A stretch of DNA of 64,000 nt from positions 1,248,001-1,312,000 of the forward strand of contig OY969801.1 of the NCBI GenBank assembly GCA_963703225.1, written 5' to 3'. The first letter of the stretch is position 1. The number at the start of each line of letters is the position of its first letter. This document shows positions 34,549-45,284 of this stretch, in pieces. The translations under genes were made by a program, and so were the position numbers. The notes under the pieces were generated by a model. It saw nothing but the letters and a program-made list of their open reading frames with translations. It ran no database searches and had not been told where the DNA came from. Source of the DNA: Candidatus Eiseniibacteriota bacterium (GTDB lineage: Bacteria > Eisenbacteria > RBG-16-71-46 > SZUA-252).

Positions 34549-35291
34549 GGACCCTGGTGAAACAGCTCTTCGTGGGGACCCGGTGGGAGTCTCCGCTGAA
34601 GCGCGTCCACTCGCGGATCACGGGGAGCCGGAACAGCCTCTACGATTGGCAGACAATCGCGATCATGCGCCGGGTGCTCCGGCCCGACTCGAACGCGGTC
34701 GACGTCGGCGCGTTTGAAGGGGGAATGCTGCGGCACATGATCCGGCTCGCCCCGAGCGGAACGCATGTCGCGTTCGAGCCGGTGCGCGAGCGGGCGGAGG
34801 CGATCGCGAGGCGATTTCCCACCGCGACGGTCCACCCGGTGGCGCTGGGGGATGCCCCAGGCGAGGCCACGTTTCACTATGTTGTCAGCCACCCCGCGCT
34901 GAGCGGGCTTCGGCGGCGGAGCGACCTCGGCGCCGCCGAGGCCGTGGACGAGAGGCGCGTCCGGGTGGAGACGCTCGATCGCCTGATGCCGCCCGATCAG
35001 CCGGTCGCCTTCGTGAAGATCGACGTGGAGGGCGGCGAGCTTGGAGTCTTTCGGGGCGGCGTCGAAACCTTTCGCCGGCATCGGCCGGTGGTGGTCTTCG
35101 AGTGCGGGCTTGGATCGGCCGACGCGTACGGGGTCGAGCCCGAGGACGTCCACGACGCGGTGTCGGGCGCGATCGGACTCAAGATTTCGCTCCTCGACGC
35201 GTGGCTCGCGGGCTCGGGAGCGCTGTCGCGGGCGCAATTCGCCGATCAGTACCGGGGGCGCGAGAACTTCTACTTTGTGGCGCATGACTGA
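34545..35291 (+). CDS. FkbM-family SAM methyltransferase
   Basis: VDVGAFEG, AFEP, TLD, FVKIDVEGGE, RPVVVFE; GTGA overlap with suhB. Confidence 0.88.
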   Translation: MRTLVKQLFVGTRWESPLKRVHSRITGSRNSLYDWQTIAIMRRVLRPDSNAVDVGAFEGGMLRHMIRLAPSGTHVAFEPVRERAEAIARRFPTATVHPVALGDAPGEATFHYVVSHPALSGLRRRSDLGAAEAVDERRVRVETLDRLMPPDQPVAFVKIDVEGGELGVFRGGVETFRRHRPVVVFECGLGSADAYGVEPEDVHDAVSGAIGLKISLLDAWLAGSGALSRAQFADQYRGRENFYFVAHD

Positions 35292-35334
35292 GGCGCGGCC
35301 ACGCCGAGCGATCGGCCAAACGAGGGGGTAGCGC

Positions 35335-35712
35335 GTGCTGGGATTGTTTCTGAGCGTGCCGGGGGCCGGAGTCCCCTCCGAAAAAGGAGATCCGCCGCCC
35401 GAATGGGCGATGAGAACCTACGTGCTCGGGCTGATCCACCGCGGGCCGAACCGGGTGGCCGACCCCAAGGAAGCGGACGAGCTGCAGCGGGCCCACTTGG
35501 CAAACAACGCCCGGCTCCACAAGGAGGGGAAGCTCATCCTCGCCGGGCCGTTCCTGGACAAGACCGATCTGCGCGGGATCTTCCTCTTCGACCTGAGCAC
35601 GGTGGAAGAGGCCAAGGCGCTCTGCGACACCGATCCGGCCGTCAAGGCCGGGACGCTCCGGGTGGAGCTCCACCCTTGGTATAGCGCGAAGGGGATCGGG
35701 ATCGGGGAGTAG
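35335..35712 (+). CDS. YciI-family protein
   Basis: QRAHLAN..L..EGKLILAGPF, DPAVKAG.L.VE.HPW. Confidence 0.78.
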   Translation: MLGLFLSVPGAGVPSEKGDPPPEWAMRTYVLGLIHRGPNRVADPKEADELQRAHLANNARLHKEGKLILAGPFLDKTDLRGIFLFDLSTVEEAKALCDTDPAVKAGTLRVELHPWYSAKGIGIGE

Positions 35713-35720
35713 AAGTCGCT

Positions 35721-36692
35721 TCAGTTGGACGGGGATCCAACGAGCCGCTCGAGACGGCGGATCCCCACTTCGTACTCCGCGACGAGCCGCCGCACCACCT
35801 CGGCGGCGGGGACGACGTCGTGGATCAACCCGCTCGACTGGCCGGCCTCCAGCTCGCCTTCCACGGTGTCGCCTTCCAGAATGCCGCGCCGCGAAGCGGA
35901 ACGGCCGTAGACCGGCTCCAGCTCCTCGCGGCTCCATCCGCGAGATTCGGCCTCGCGGACCCGATCGACGAACGGGTTGATGATCGCTCGGACGGGTGCG
36001 ATCTTCTTGGCGAAGAGGGCGGTGGCGTTATCGGCGGCGCCGACCACGGACTCCTTGTAGTGGGGATGGGCGGACGACTCGACAGTGGCGGCGAATCGGG
36101 TGCCGATCGATACTCCGTCGGCGCCGAGGGCCATCGCCGCGAGAAATCCTCGACCGTCGGCGATGCCGCCCGCGGCGCAGACCGGGACCGAGAGCGCGTC
36201 GACGAGCTGCGGGATCAAGGCGAGCGTCGTGATCTCGTCGACGCCGTTGTGGCCCCCCGCCTCGAAGCCCTCGCCCACGACGATGTCGGCGCCCGCGCCT
36301 TCGGCTTTCCGCCCGTGCTTGACGCTGGGCACGACGTGGATCCAGGTCGCGCCGGCCGCCTTGATCCGCGGCGCCAAGAGCGTCGGGTTTCCGGCGCTGC
36401 TCACGATGATGTCGATGCCTTCGCCGAGGGCCACCTCGAGCAGCTCGGCGGCGTCGCCGCGAAGGAGCGGGATGTTCACGGCGATGCGCCGCTGGGTGAG
36501 CGCCCGCGCCTTCTGAATCTGGGAGCGCAGAAGGTCCGGTTTCATCCCCCCCGACCCGATGGTGCCGAGGATCTCGGCTTGGGCGCATGCGGCCGCCAGC
36601 TTGTAGCCAGAGGCCCAGATCATCCCCGCTTGTAGGATGGGGAAGCGGATTCCGAGAATCGCGGTGACGCGGGTTTGAATCCGATCGATCAA
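35721..36692 (-). CDS. Nitronate monooxygenase / FabK-like flavin oxidoreductase
   Basis: LGIRFPILQAGM, EGFEAGGHNG, AAGGIADGRG, GTRF; TTG start overlaps the aroC stop. Confidence 0.88.
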   Translation of the reverse strand: MIDRIQTRVTAILGIRFPILQAGMIWASGYKLAAACAQAEILGTIGSGGMKPDLLRSQIQKARALTQRRIAVNIPLLRGDAAELLEVALGEGIDIIVSSAGNPTLLAPRIKAAGATWIHVVPSVKHGRKAEGAGADIVVGEGFEAGGHNGVDEITTLALIPQLVDALSVPVCAAGGIADGRGFLAAMALGADGVSIGTRFAATVESSAHPHYKESVVGAADNATALFAKKIAPVRAIINPFVDRVREAESRGWSREELEPVYGRSASRRGILEGDTVEGELEAGQSSGLIHDVVPAAEVVRRLVAEYEVGIRRLERLVGSPSN

Positions 36693-37762
36693 GCGTCGAT
36701 CTTCGGGCGCCAGTGCTCGATCGCGCGTTGGCGCAGGAGGGCGTCCGCGAGCACGAGGCAGGTCATCGCCTCCGCCACGGGGACGACGCGGGGGCAGAGG
36801 CAGGGATCGTGGCGGCCCCGGATCGCGAAGTCGCGCTCCTTCCCCCGGGCGTCCACGGTCTTTTGCGGCAGGGCGATGGAGGAGGGGGGCTTCACCGCGA
36901 TCCGGGTCACGATCGGGTCGCCGGTCGAGATGCCGCCCAGGATCCCACCCGCGTGGTTCGACGCGAAGCCCCCCGGCGTCATCCGGTCGTTCATCTGCGA
37001 TCCGCGGAGCGCGGCCGCCCGAAACCCTTCGCCGACCTCGAAGCCCTTGACGGCTCCGATCGACATGAGCCCCCACGCGAGGGAGGCGTCGAGCTTGTCC
37101 ATGACGGGATCGCCCAATCCGGCCGGGACCCCCGTCGCGAGGATCTCCACGACCCCGCCCAAGGAGTCGCCCGCCTCGCGCGCCGCGAGAATGATCCGCT
37201 CCATCTCCGCCGCGGCCTTTCGGTCGGGCGAGCGAACCGGATTCTGCTCCGCGAATTCCAGGTCGCGATCCTGGGCGACCTGGTCGGCGACGCGGATCGT
37301 GTAGGCCTGGACGCGCGCGCCATCCCGTTCGAGGATCTTTCGCGCGACGGCTCCGGCCGCCACGCGGCCGACGGTCTCCCGCCCCGAGGACCGGCCGCTG
37401 CCTCGGTAGTCGCGGACGCCGTATTTCTTCCAATAGGTGTAGTCGGCGTGGCCAGGACGGAAGATGTCTTTGAGTTCGGCGTAGTCCTGGGGCCGGGCGT
37501 CGACGCTTCGCACGACGAGGGCAATGGTGGCGCCGGTCGTGACCCCCTCGAAGACCCCCGAGAGGAGCTCCACGCGGTCGGGCTCCTTCCGCTGGGTCGT
37601 CACGCCGCTCTGGCCGGGGCGGCGGCGGTCGAGATCCCTCTGGATCGTCTCGACGTCGACCGCGATTCCGGGAGGACATCCGTCCAGGATCACGCCGACG
37701 GCCGGTCCGTGGCTCTCGCCGAATGTCGTGATGGTGAGGAGCTTCCCGAACGAGCTGCTCAA
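36689..37762 (-). CDS. aroC: Chorismate synthase
   Basis: TTFGESHG, RRRPGQS, RPGHAD, RSSGRET, NHAGGILGGIS, GRHDPC. Confidence 0.97.
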   Translation of the reverse strand: MSSSFGKLLTITTFGESHGPAVGVILDGCPPGIAVDVETIQRDLDRRRPGQSGVTTQRKEPDRVELLSGVFEGVTTGATIALVVRSVDARPQDYAELKDIFRPGHADYTYWKKYGVRDYRGSGRSSGRETVGRVAAGAVARKILERDGARVQAYTIRVADQVAQDRDLEFAEQNPVRSPDRKAAAEMERIILAAREAGDSLGGVVEILATGVPAGLGDPVMDKLDASLAWGLMSIGAVKGFEVGEGFRAAALRGSQMNDRMTPGGFASNHAGGILGGISTGDPIVTRIAVKPPSSIALPQKTVDARGKERDFAIRGRHDPCLCPRVVPVAEAMTCLVLADALLRQRAIEHWRPKIDA

Positions 37763-38241
37763 CGGGCCCGCTTTTTCGCGGCGGCCCGCGACGAGGCCGC
37801 CGCGCGGTGGCCGCCCAGCTTGGATCCCCTCGCGATCACCTTGGCCGCGATCCGGAAGGAGTGCTCGCGCCAGGCCTGATGGCGGCGGGCCATCCGCTCC
37901 AGGTTCCAGAGCCACGTGGGGCGAATGTGCTTTCGCGCCCCTTCGACGAGGCCCTTCACCTTGTTCCAGACGACGATGTCCTCGCCGTGGGTGTCGAAGA
38001 ACAGGTCCTCGTCGATCAACCCCCGGTTCACGAAAGCGGCCACCATCTCCCAGTAGGACGTGGCCATTCGGAACTGGCGGTCGAGCTCGTTTCCCGTCAG
38101 GTAATGGGGTCGGATCTCCTCCCAGGTCGCGGCGCTGAATTCGGAGATCATGAAGGCGCGAGCCCGGCGCATCTCGGCCTCGCGGCGAAGCTCGTAGAGT
38201 CGAAGGATGAGATCGGCGTCCTGCGCGGTTGGCTTTCCCAT
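37759..38241 (-). CDS. Conserved hypothetical protein (DUF4760-like)
   Basis: DADLILRLYELRRE..MR.AR...SYWEM.A.FV..G; translationally coupled to aroC. Confidence 0.65.
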   Translation of the reverse strand: MGKPTAQDADLILRLYELRREAEMRRARAFMISEFSAATWEEIRPHYLTGNELDRQFRMATSYWEMVAAFVNRGLIDEDLFFDTHGEDIVVWNKVKGLVEGARKHIRPTWLWNLERMARRHQAWREHSFRIAAKVIARGSKLGGHRAAASSRAAAKKRAR

Positions 38242-38306
38242 GGTCACAGAGATTCCTCGCGTGGCGGGGATGGAGTTGGCGGCCATTGTGACCGCGCGCT
38301 CGGGCG

Positions 38307-38336
38307 TTGTCAAACCGCCGCCCCAGCGGCTACTCT
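38307..38336 (+). promoter_or_regulatory. Sigma70-type promoter giving a probably leaderless RNase HI mRNA
   Basis: TTGTCA (38307-38312), 18-nt spacer, TACTCT (38331-38336); ATG 6 nt later, no SD. Confidence 0.55.
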
Positions 38337-38342
38337 GGCGCG

Positions 38343-38762
38343 ATGCGCTACCTCGTCCACACCGACGGAGCCGCCCGGGGAAATCCGGGCCCCTCCGCGA
38401 TCGGCATCGTGATCCAGGACGATTCGGGACACACGGTCTACGAATCGAGCCGCACGCTCGGCGTGCACACCAACAACGAAGCGGAGTACCTCGCCCTCAT
38501 CGCCGCGCTCACGCAGCTTCGAGAAATGCGCGCGAGGGCAGCCGACTTCCGGCTCGACAGCGAGTTGGTGGTCCGCCAGCTCACGGGCAAGTACAAGGTG
38601 AAGGAGCCGCGGCTTCAATCGCTCCACGGCCAGGCGACGATGCTCCTGAACGCGGTTCCCGACCACTCCATCCGTCACGTGCCGCGCGCACAGAACGCCC
38701 GCGCCGACGCGCTGGCCAACGAGGCGCTCGACGCCGAGGGGCTGCCCAAACCGCCGGCTTGA
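38343..38762 (+). CDS. rnhA: Ribonuclease HI family protein
   Basis: HTDGAARGNPGP, TNNEAEY, DSELVV.Q..G.YKVK, HVPR..N.RADALAN. Confidence 0.92.
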   Translation: MRYLVHTDGAARGNPGPSAIGIVIQDDSGHTVYESSRTLGVHTNNEAEYLALIAALTQLREMRARAADFRLDSELVVRQLTGKYKVKEPRLQSLHGQATMLLNAVPDHSIRHVPRAQNARADALANEALDAEGLPKPPA

Positions 38763-38788
38763 ATCTCGCCCCACGGCGGCCATACAAT
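38759..38788 (+). promoter_or_regulatory. Sigma70-type promoter of rnpB
   Basis: TTGAAT (38759-38764), 18-nt spacer, TACAAT (38783-38788). Confidence 0.65.
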
Positions 38789-38817
38789 CACGAGCGTAAC
38801 AGGCAGGCGCCGATTTT

Positions 38818-39178
<361 letters not shown>

Positions 39179-39188
39179 AAAAGCCATC

Positions 39189-40041
39189 GTGTCCCTGCCC
39201 TCCCTTACGATTGGACCCTATCGCGTCACGTTCGTCTCCGGTGGGCGCTTCCGCCTCGACGGAGGCGCCATGTTCGGCGTCGTTCCCAAGGTCTTGTGGA
39301 ACCGGGTTTCTCCCGCCGACGAACGAAACCGGATCCGGATGCGGATGACCTGTCTCCTCATCGAGGGGGATGGAAGGCGCGTCCTCGTGGACGCGGGCTC
39401 CGGCACCAAGAACGACGCCAAATTCCGCGACATCTACGCGATCGAGGGGACCGAATTGCTCACCGAGGACCTGGCGTCGCTCGGGCTCGCCCCCGAGGAG
39501 ATCGACACCGTCGCGTTGACGCACCTTCATTTCGACCACTGCGGCGGCGGCACCACGCGCGGGCCCGACGGCAACGTGACCCCGACGTTTCCCAAGGCGC
39601 GTTATTTGGTGCGAAGGCAGGAATGGCGGGACGCCCACCACGCGAACGAGCGGAATCGCGCCTCCTACCTTTCCGAGAATTACGATCCGCTCGAGGCGTC
39701 CGGGCAGCTGACCATCCACGACGACGATCTGGAATTACTGCCGGGGGTCTGGATGAAATGCCTGCCCGGGCACACGCTCGGCCACCAGGGATGCTTCTTC
39801 GACATTCCCGGGGAGCGCGCCCTCTACCCGGTCGACTTGATCCCGACCGTCGCGCACCTGCCGCTTCCGTACATCATGGGCTTCGACCTCTACCCCATGA
39901 CCACCCTGGAGACCAAGCGGGCGATCCTGCGTGACGCGACGCGGGAGGGATGGCTCCTTCTTGTTCGAGCACGATCCCGACCACTACGCCGTGCGCGTCT
40001 CGGGCACCGAGCGGGAGATCCGTTTCGAGAAAGTGGCTTGA
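39189..40041 (+). CDS. MBL-fold metallo-hydrolase (YtnP-like); +1 frameshift near 39960
   Basis: FRLDGGAMFGVVPK, THLHFDHCGG, GHTLGH; FEHDP end is in the +1 frame. Confidence 0.88.
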
Positions 40042-40067
40042 CAGTCGAGCCGCCAAGTTCCTATCCT
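40038..40067 (+). promoter_or_regulatory. Sigma70-type promoter of the nuo operon
   Basis: TTGACA (40038-40043), 18-nt spacer, TATCCT (40062-40067). Confidence 0.6.
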
Positions 40068-40159
40068 GCCGCCATTAGCACCTTTTTTCACGAAGTGGGG
40101 CCAGCCCCGGCCCGGGGCCGTCGGCCCGCCATCCAACCGACGCGATTCGAGGGAGTTTC

Positions 40160-40538
40160 GTGAGTCCGGTCGACCCGAACAGCACGGCCGCGTTCATTCC
40201 CATCCTCATGATGGTGGTCGTGGCGACGGGGTTCGCCGTGGCCACGCTCATCGCCTCGCACTTCCTGGGCCGGCGGATCAACGATCCGGCCAAGCTGCTT
40301 CCCTACGAGTGCGGGGTCACCCCGGTCGGGACCGCCCGGGAGCGCTTCCACACACGGTTCTACCTCGTGGCGATGCTCTTCATCGTCTTCGACATCGAGA
40401 CCGTATTCATCTATCCGTGGGCCGTCGTCTACCGAGCAGCTCGCGGTCTTCGGGCTGATCGAGATGGCGGTCTTCGTGGCCATCCTCCTGGCGGGCCTCG
40501 CGTACGTGTGGGGGAAGGGGGCGCTGGAATGGGATTGA
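40160..40538 (+). CDS. nuoA: NADH-quinone oxidoreductase subunit A; frameshift near 40433
   Basis: [38 protein letters not shown] is in the +1 frame. Confidence 0.93.
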
Positions 40539-41060
40539 TCCCGAACCCCGAGGACCTGGACGCACCATCCCCCGATCAGAAGCGGGTCGTCGATCGGCTC
40601 CGCGGCGAAGCTCGGCGAGGCGGTCGTTCGGGAGCGCTCCTTTCGGGGTCAGCTCTCCGTCTGGATCAAGCGCGAGCGAATCCTCGACGCGCTCCGCCTC
40701 GCGAAGAGCGACCCCGAGCTGGACTGCGAACTCCTGGCCGACGTGACCTCGGTCGACCTCCTCCGCAACCAGGAGCCCGGGGAGCCGCGGTTCGAGGTGA
40801 TCTACAACCTGTACTCGATCACCCACAAGCGCCGGTTCCTGCTCAAGACGGGCGTCGACGACGGACAGACGGTCCCCTCCGCGACGGCGGTCTGGCCGGG
40901 CGCCAACTTCATGGAGCGCGAGGTTTACGACATGATGGGCATCGTCTTCGAGGGACATCCTGGCCTGGAACGGATCCTGACGCCGGACGGATGGCTGGGG
41001 CACCCGCTGCGCAAGGATTTCCCGACCCGCTCCGACCAGTTCCCGAACGTGGAGTCCTGA
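40529..41060 (+). CDS. nuoC: NADH-quinone oxidoreductase subunit C; frameshift near 40604
   Basis: [46 protein letters not shown]. Confidence 0.92.
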
Positions 41061-41065
41061 GACCC

Positions 41066-41530
41066 GTGCTCTCGGCCGACGCCAAGAAGCGGATCGAATC
41101 ACTCAAGTCGGAGTTCGAGACGAATCAGTCCGCGCTCATCCCGGCGCTTCATGTGGCCCAAGCCGATCAGGGGTGGCTGAGCGAGGAGACCCAGGGCGAG
41201 GTGGCGAAGCTCTTGGAGCTCACCCCGCAGTCGGTCCGCGAAGTCGTGACCTTCTACACGATGTTCCACCAGAAGCCGGTCGGGAAGTACCTCTTGCAGG
41301 TATGCCGCAACCTCTCCTGCTGTCTTCTGGGCGGCCACCGACTCCAGAAACAGATCGAAGAGCGGCTGGGAATCCGGGAGGGGGAAACGACGCAGGACGG
41401 CCGCTTCACGCTGGTCTCGGTCGAGTGCCTGGGCTCGTGCGGCACCGCGCCGGTCCTGATGGTGAACGAGCGATACCACGAGAGCGTCACGCCGCAAGAC
41501 ATCGATCGCCTGCTCACGGAGCTCCAGTAG
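41066..41530 (+). CDS. nuoE: NADH-quinone oxidoreductase subunit E ([2Fe-2S])
   Basis: SALIPALH.AQ, VVTFYTMF, VCRNLSC...VECLGSCGTAP. Confidence 0.93.
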   Translation: MLSADAKKRIESLKSEFETNQSALIPALHVAQADQGWLSEETQGEVAKLLELTPQSVREVVTFYTMFHQKPVGKYLLQVCRNLSCCLLGGHRLQKQIEERLGIREGETTQDGRFTLVSVECLGSCGTAPVLMVNERYHESVTPQDIDRLLTELQ

Positions 41531-41534
41531 CCGC

Positions 41535-42521
41535 GTGGACACGGCCACCCTGATCGAGGCCGCGATCAAGGTCCACATCGTCCTCGGTTTCATTCTCCTC
41601 GGCGTTCCCATCATCGTCTGGATGGAGCGCAAGGTGATCGGGCACATGCAGGATCGTATCGGGCCGGAGCGGGTGGGCCCGTTCGGGCTTCTTCAGACGA
41701 TCGCCGACGGGCTCAAGCTCTTCATGAAGGAGGACTTGATCCCCTCGCAATCCGACAAAGTCGTGTTTGTTCTGGCCCCCGCGATCACGGTGATCACCGC
41801 GCTGGTGGCGACGACCGTGATTCCGTGGGGTGACACCATGGAGCTCTTCGGTCGCACGATCACGCTCCACATCACCGACGTCAACATCGCCCTCCTCTTC
41901 GTCCTCGGCACGACCTCGATGGGCGTCTACGGTATCGTCCTCGGCGGATGGGCCTCCAACAGCAAGTACCCGCTGCTCGGCGGCCTTCGCTCTTCGGCCC
42001 AGATGATCTCCTACGAGCTGGCGCAGGGCATCTCGCTGGTGGGGGTGATCATGATCGTAGGCTCGCTGAGCCTCGCCGAGATCGGCCGCGCGCAGGCGCA
42101 CCTGTGGTTCATCGTGCCCCAATTCTTTGGATTCCTCATCTACGTGATCTCCGGCGTGGCCGAGACGAATCGAGCGCCATTCGACCTCGCCGAGGCCGAG
42201 ACCGAGCTGGTAGCCGGGTTTCACACCGAGTACTCCAGCATGAAGTGGGCGTTCTACTTTCTGGGGGAGTACGCGAACATGATGGTCGTGTCCGGGGTCG
42301 CCATCACGGTCTTCCTCGGCGCGTGGAACGGTCCCTTCCTCCCGGGCCCCGTCTGGTTCCTGATCAAGCTCTCGCTCTTTCTGTTCTTCTATGTCTGGCT
42401 CCGGGCCACCTTCCCCCGTCTGCGCTATGACCAGCTGATGGCGTTCGGCTGGAAGGTGCTCCTGCCGGCCTCGCTCTTGAACCTCGCGGGCACCGCCGTG
42501 GTGCTCGCGTTCCGAGGATGA
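41535..42521 (+). CDS. nuoH: NADH-quinone oxidoreductase subunit H
   Basis: ERKVIGHMQDRIGP, Q.IADGLKL..KE, AETNRAPFDLAEAE, RATFPRLRYDQL. Confidence 0.97.
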   Translation: MDTATLIEAAIKVHIVLGFILLGVPIIVWMERKVIGHMQDRIGPERVGPFGLLQTIADGLKLFMKEDLIPSQSDKVVFVLAPAITVITALVATTVIPWGDTMELFGRTITLHITDVNIALLFVLGTTSMGVYGIVLGGWASNSKYPLLGGLRSSAQMISYELAQGISLVGVIMIVGSLSLAEIGRAQAHLWFIVPQFFGFLIYVISGVAETNRAPFDLAEAETELVAGFHTEYSSMKWAFYFLGEYANMMVVSGVAITVFLGAWNGPFLPGPVWFLIKLSLFLFFYVWLRATFPRLRYDQLMAFGWKVLLPASLLNLAGTAVVLAFRG

Positions 42522-42525
42522 TCCC

Positions 42526-43038
42526 GTGACGCTCGAACCCCTCCTCTTCGCGATGTTCGGAGGAACCGCGATCGGCTGCGCGTTGGGCGTCATCTTTCAC
42601 CGGAATCCGGTCCACTGCGCGCTCCTCTTGGTCGGCGTGCTGCTCTCGCTCTCGGGCCTCTTCGTCCTGCTCCACGCGCCCTTCATCGCGGCCCTGCAAG
42701 TCCTCGTTTACGCCGGCGCGATCATGGTCCTCTTCCTGTTTGTGGTGATGCTCCTGAACGTGAAGGGAGAGTCGCCGATGCTCACCCCCGGGGCCGCCAA
42801 GGGGTTTGGCATCCTCTTCGCGCTCGTGATCCTGGTCGAGCTTCTCTGGACGGTCCTCTCGCCGGTGGGGGAGCCCTCCGGCCTGCCCGAGGTGACGCTG
42901 CCGGAGGGCTTTGGGTCGCCCGCGGCCGTGGGACGGATTCTCTACACGATTTGGCTCTATCCCTTCGAGATCACTTCGATCCTGCTCCTGGTCGCCGTGA
43001 TCGGAGCGGTGATTCTGGCCAAGAGGAAGTTCTCATGA
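42526..43038 (+). CDS. nuoJ: NADH-quinone oxidoreductase subunit J
   Basis: [31 protein letters not shown]. Confidence 0.95.
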   Translation: MTLEPLLFAMFGGTAIGCALGVIFHRNPVHCALLLVGVLLSLSGLFVLLHAPFIAALQVLVYAGAIMVLFLFVVMLLNVKGESPMLTPGAAKGFGILFALVILVELLWTVLSPVGEPSGLPEVTLPEGFGSPAAVGRILYTIWLYPFEITSILLLVAVIGAVILAKRKFS

Positions 43039-43352
43039 CGGGCGCCCCGGTCGTCGCCCTGTTCTGGTACCAGCTCCTCGCCGCGATCCTGTTCACGATC
43101 GGGATTGTGGGCGTCCTGGTGCGCCGGAGCGCGCTCATCATCTTCATGTCGATCGAGCTGATGCTGAACGCGGTCAACCTGAGCTTTGTGGCCTTTTCGC
43201 GGCAGCACGGCTCGATGGACGGCCACATCTTTGTCTTTTTCGTGATGGCGGTGGCGGCGGCCGAGGTTGCTGTCGGGCTCGCGATCATCGTCGCCATCTT
43301 CCGCAACCGCGATACGACGAACGTCGACGACGTTCGTCTCCTGAAAGGGTAG
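43035..43352 (+). CDS. nuoK: NADH-quinone oxidoreductase subunit K
   Basis: [23 protein letters not shown]. Confidence 0.96.
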   Translation: MTGAPVVALFWYQLLAAILFTIGIVGVLVRRSALIIFMSIELMLNAVNLSFVAFSRQHGSMDGHIFVFFVMAVAAAEVAVGLAIIVAIFRNRDTTNVDDVRLLKG

Positions 43353-43355
43353 GGC

Positions 43356-45284
43356 GTGACCCTACTCTGGCTGATCCCGGCGCTCCCGCTTCTCGGGGCG
43401 ATCGTGAACGGATTCGGCGCCGGCCGGCTGCCGCGCCGTCTCGTCAGCGCGATCGGCACGGGCACGGTGGGCCTCGCCTTCGCGATCGCTCTCGGGTGCT
43501 TCTTCTCGCTCTTGAGGCTCCCGCCCGAGGAGCGGCTCTTCGTCCAGACGCTGTTCAGCTGGATCGATTCGGGAGACCTCTCGGTCTCCGTTCGATTGGG
43601 CCTCGACCCGCTCTCGGCGGTCATGATGCTCGTGGTGACCGGGGTTGGATTCCTCATCCACGTCTACTCGACCGGGTACATGGGCCACGAAAAGGCCTAC
43701 GGGCGATACTTCGCCTACCTGAACCTTTTCACCTTCTCGATGCTGATGCTGGTCCTGGCGGACAATTTCCTTCTCCTCTTCTTCGGGTGGGAAGCGGTCG
43801 GGCTCTGCTCGTATCTCTTGATCGGCTACTGGTACCAGAAGCCCTCGGCGGCGGAGGCGGGGAAGAAGGCCTTCATCGTCAACCGGATCGGGGACTGGGG
43901 TTTCATGATCGGGATCTTCCTGGTCTTCGTGACGTTCGGCACGCTCGATTTCGGGCGGGTCTTCTCGGAGGCGCCCGAACGGCTCGCGCTGGGCGGCGGC
44001 CTGGCGACGGCGATGGCGCTCTTCCTGTTCGTGGGGGCGATGGGGAAGAGCGCCCAGATTCCGCTCCATGTCTGGCTGCCGGACGCTATGGAGGGCCCGA
44101 CCCCGGTCTCCGCCCTGATCCACGCCGCCACGATGGTCACCGCCGGGGTCTACATGGTCGCCCGCTGCCATGTGCTCTACCTCCTCGCGCCGACGGCGAT
44201 GTGGGTGGTGGCGATTGTCGGGGCGGCGACGGCGATTTTCGCGGCCTCCATCGGGCTCGTCCAGCGGGACATCAAGAGGGTTCTCGCCTACTCGACCATC
44301 AGCCAGCTGGGATACATGTTCCTCGCGCTCGGCGTGGGAGCATTCGCATCCGGAATCTTCCACCTCGTCACCCACGCGTTCTTCAAGGCGCTGCTCTTCC
44401 TCGGGGCCGGGAGCGTGATCCACGCCCTCTCCGGCGAGCAGGATCTGGAGCGGATGGGCGGACTCAAGCCCCACCTCCCTCGCACCCACGCGACGATGTT
44501 GGTCGCCACGCTCGCCATCGCCGGCGTCTTCCCGTTCGCCGGGTTTTTCAGCAAGGACGAGATCCTCTGGAACGCCTGGAAGACCGGAGGGCCGATCCTC
44601 TGGGCGGTCGGCGTGATCGGGGCCTTCATGACGGCCTTCTACATGTTCCGGCTCTACTTCAAGACGTTCCACGGCCCTTCCCGGCTCACCGGCGAGGCCA
44701 AGCACCACCTTCACGAGTCGCCCGGGAGCATGACGATTCCGCTGACGATCCTGGCGGTTCTGAGCGCGATTGGAGGGTTGATCCAGGTGCCGCTGATTCC
44801 GGGCGCGCAGCGGCTCGACCACTTCCTGGAGCCGGTATTCGCGGACGCCGCTCGAATCGGGGTGGGGATGGTGCACGCCCCGCACGAAGGCGGATCGGCC
44901 CTCCTGGAGCTGGCGCTGATGGTGGTCTCGCTGGGCGTGGCGCTGAGCGGGATCTTCCTGGCCCATCGCTTCTACGTGGTCGATCCCGGCGCGCCGGCGC
45001 GCCTCGCGGAGCGCGCGAAGGGGCTCTACCGGCTCCTCTTCGGGAAGTATTGGGTGGATGAGCTCTACGAGAACAACATCGTCCAGCCGATCGTGCGCGG
45101 GTCGACCCGGCTCTGGCAGCGCTTTGACGCCGCGGTGATCGACGGGGCCGTGAACGGCGTCGCTCGGGAGATCGAGCGGGCGGCGGGCCTCCTCCGCCTG
45201 GCCCAGACGGGCTACGTCCAGGTCTACGCGATGATCCTCACCCTCGGGATGGTGGTCGTCTTCGGCTACCTGGCGCTCCGATGA
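43356..45284 (+). CDS. nuoL: NADH-quinone oxidoreductase subunit L
   Basis: AFIVNRIGD, GKSAQIPLHVWLPDAMEGPTPVSALIHAATMV, HAFFKALLFL. Confidence 0.97.
   Translation: MTLLWLIPALPLLGAIVNGFGAGRLPRRLVSAIGTGTVGLAFAIALGCFFSLLRLPPEERLFVQTLFSWIDSGDLSVSVRLGLDPLSAVMMLVVTGVGFLIHVYSTGYMGHEKAYGRYFAYLNLFTFSMLMLVLADNFLLLFFGWEAVGLCSYLLIGYWYQKPSAAEAGKKAFIVNRIGDWGFMIGIFLVFVTFGTLDFGRVFSEAPERLALGGGLATAMALFLFVGAMGKSAQIPLHVWLPDAMEGPTPVSALIHAATMVTAGVYMVARCHVLYLLAPTAMWVVAIVGAATAIFAASIGLVQRDIKRVLAYSTISQLGYMFLALGVGAFASGIFHLVTHAFFKALLFLGAGSVIHALSGEQDLERMGGLKPHLPRTHATMLVATLAIAGVFPFAGFFSKDEILWNAWKTGGPILWAVGVIGAFMTAFYMFRLYFKTFHGPSRLTGEAKHHLHESPGSMTIPLTILAVLSAIGGLIQVPLIPGAQRLDHFLEPVFADAARIGVGMVHAPHEGGSALLELALMVVSLGVALSGIFLAHRFYVVDPGAPARLAERAKGLYRLLFGKYWVDELYENNIVQPIVRGSTRLWQRFDAAVIDGAVNGVAREIERAAGLLRLAQTGYVQVYAMILTLGMVVVFGYLALR

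Noticed and set aside
35721..37679. 652-aa ORF suggesting an N-terminally extended flavin oxidoreductase (likewise extended FkbM 33642-35291 and SelD 12876-14237)
   Set aside because: The extensions are off-frame readings of aroC, suhB and ridA; real starts overlap the upstream stops
40160..41530. 456-aa ORF suggesting a NuoA-NuoE fusion
   Set aside because: Artefact of two +1 frameshifts; NuoA, NuoC and NuoE each have their own start and stop once corrected
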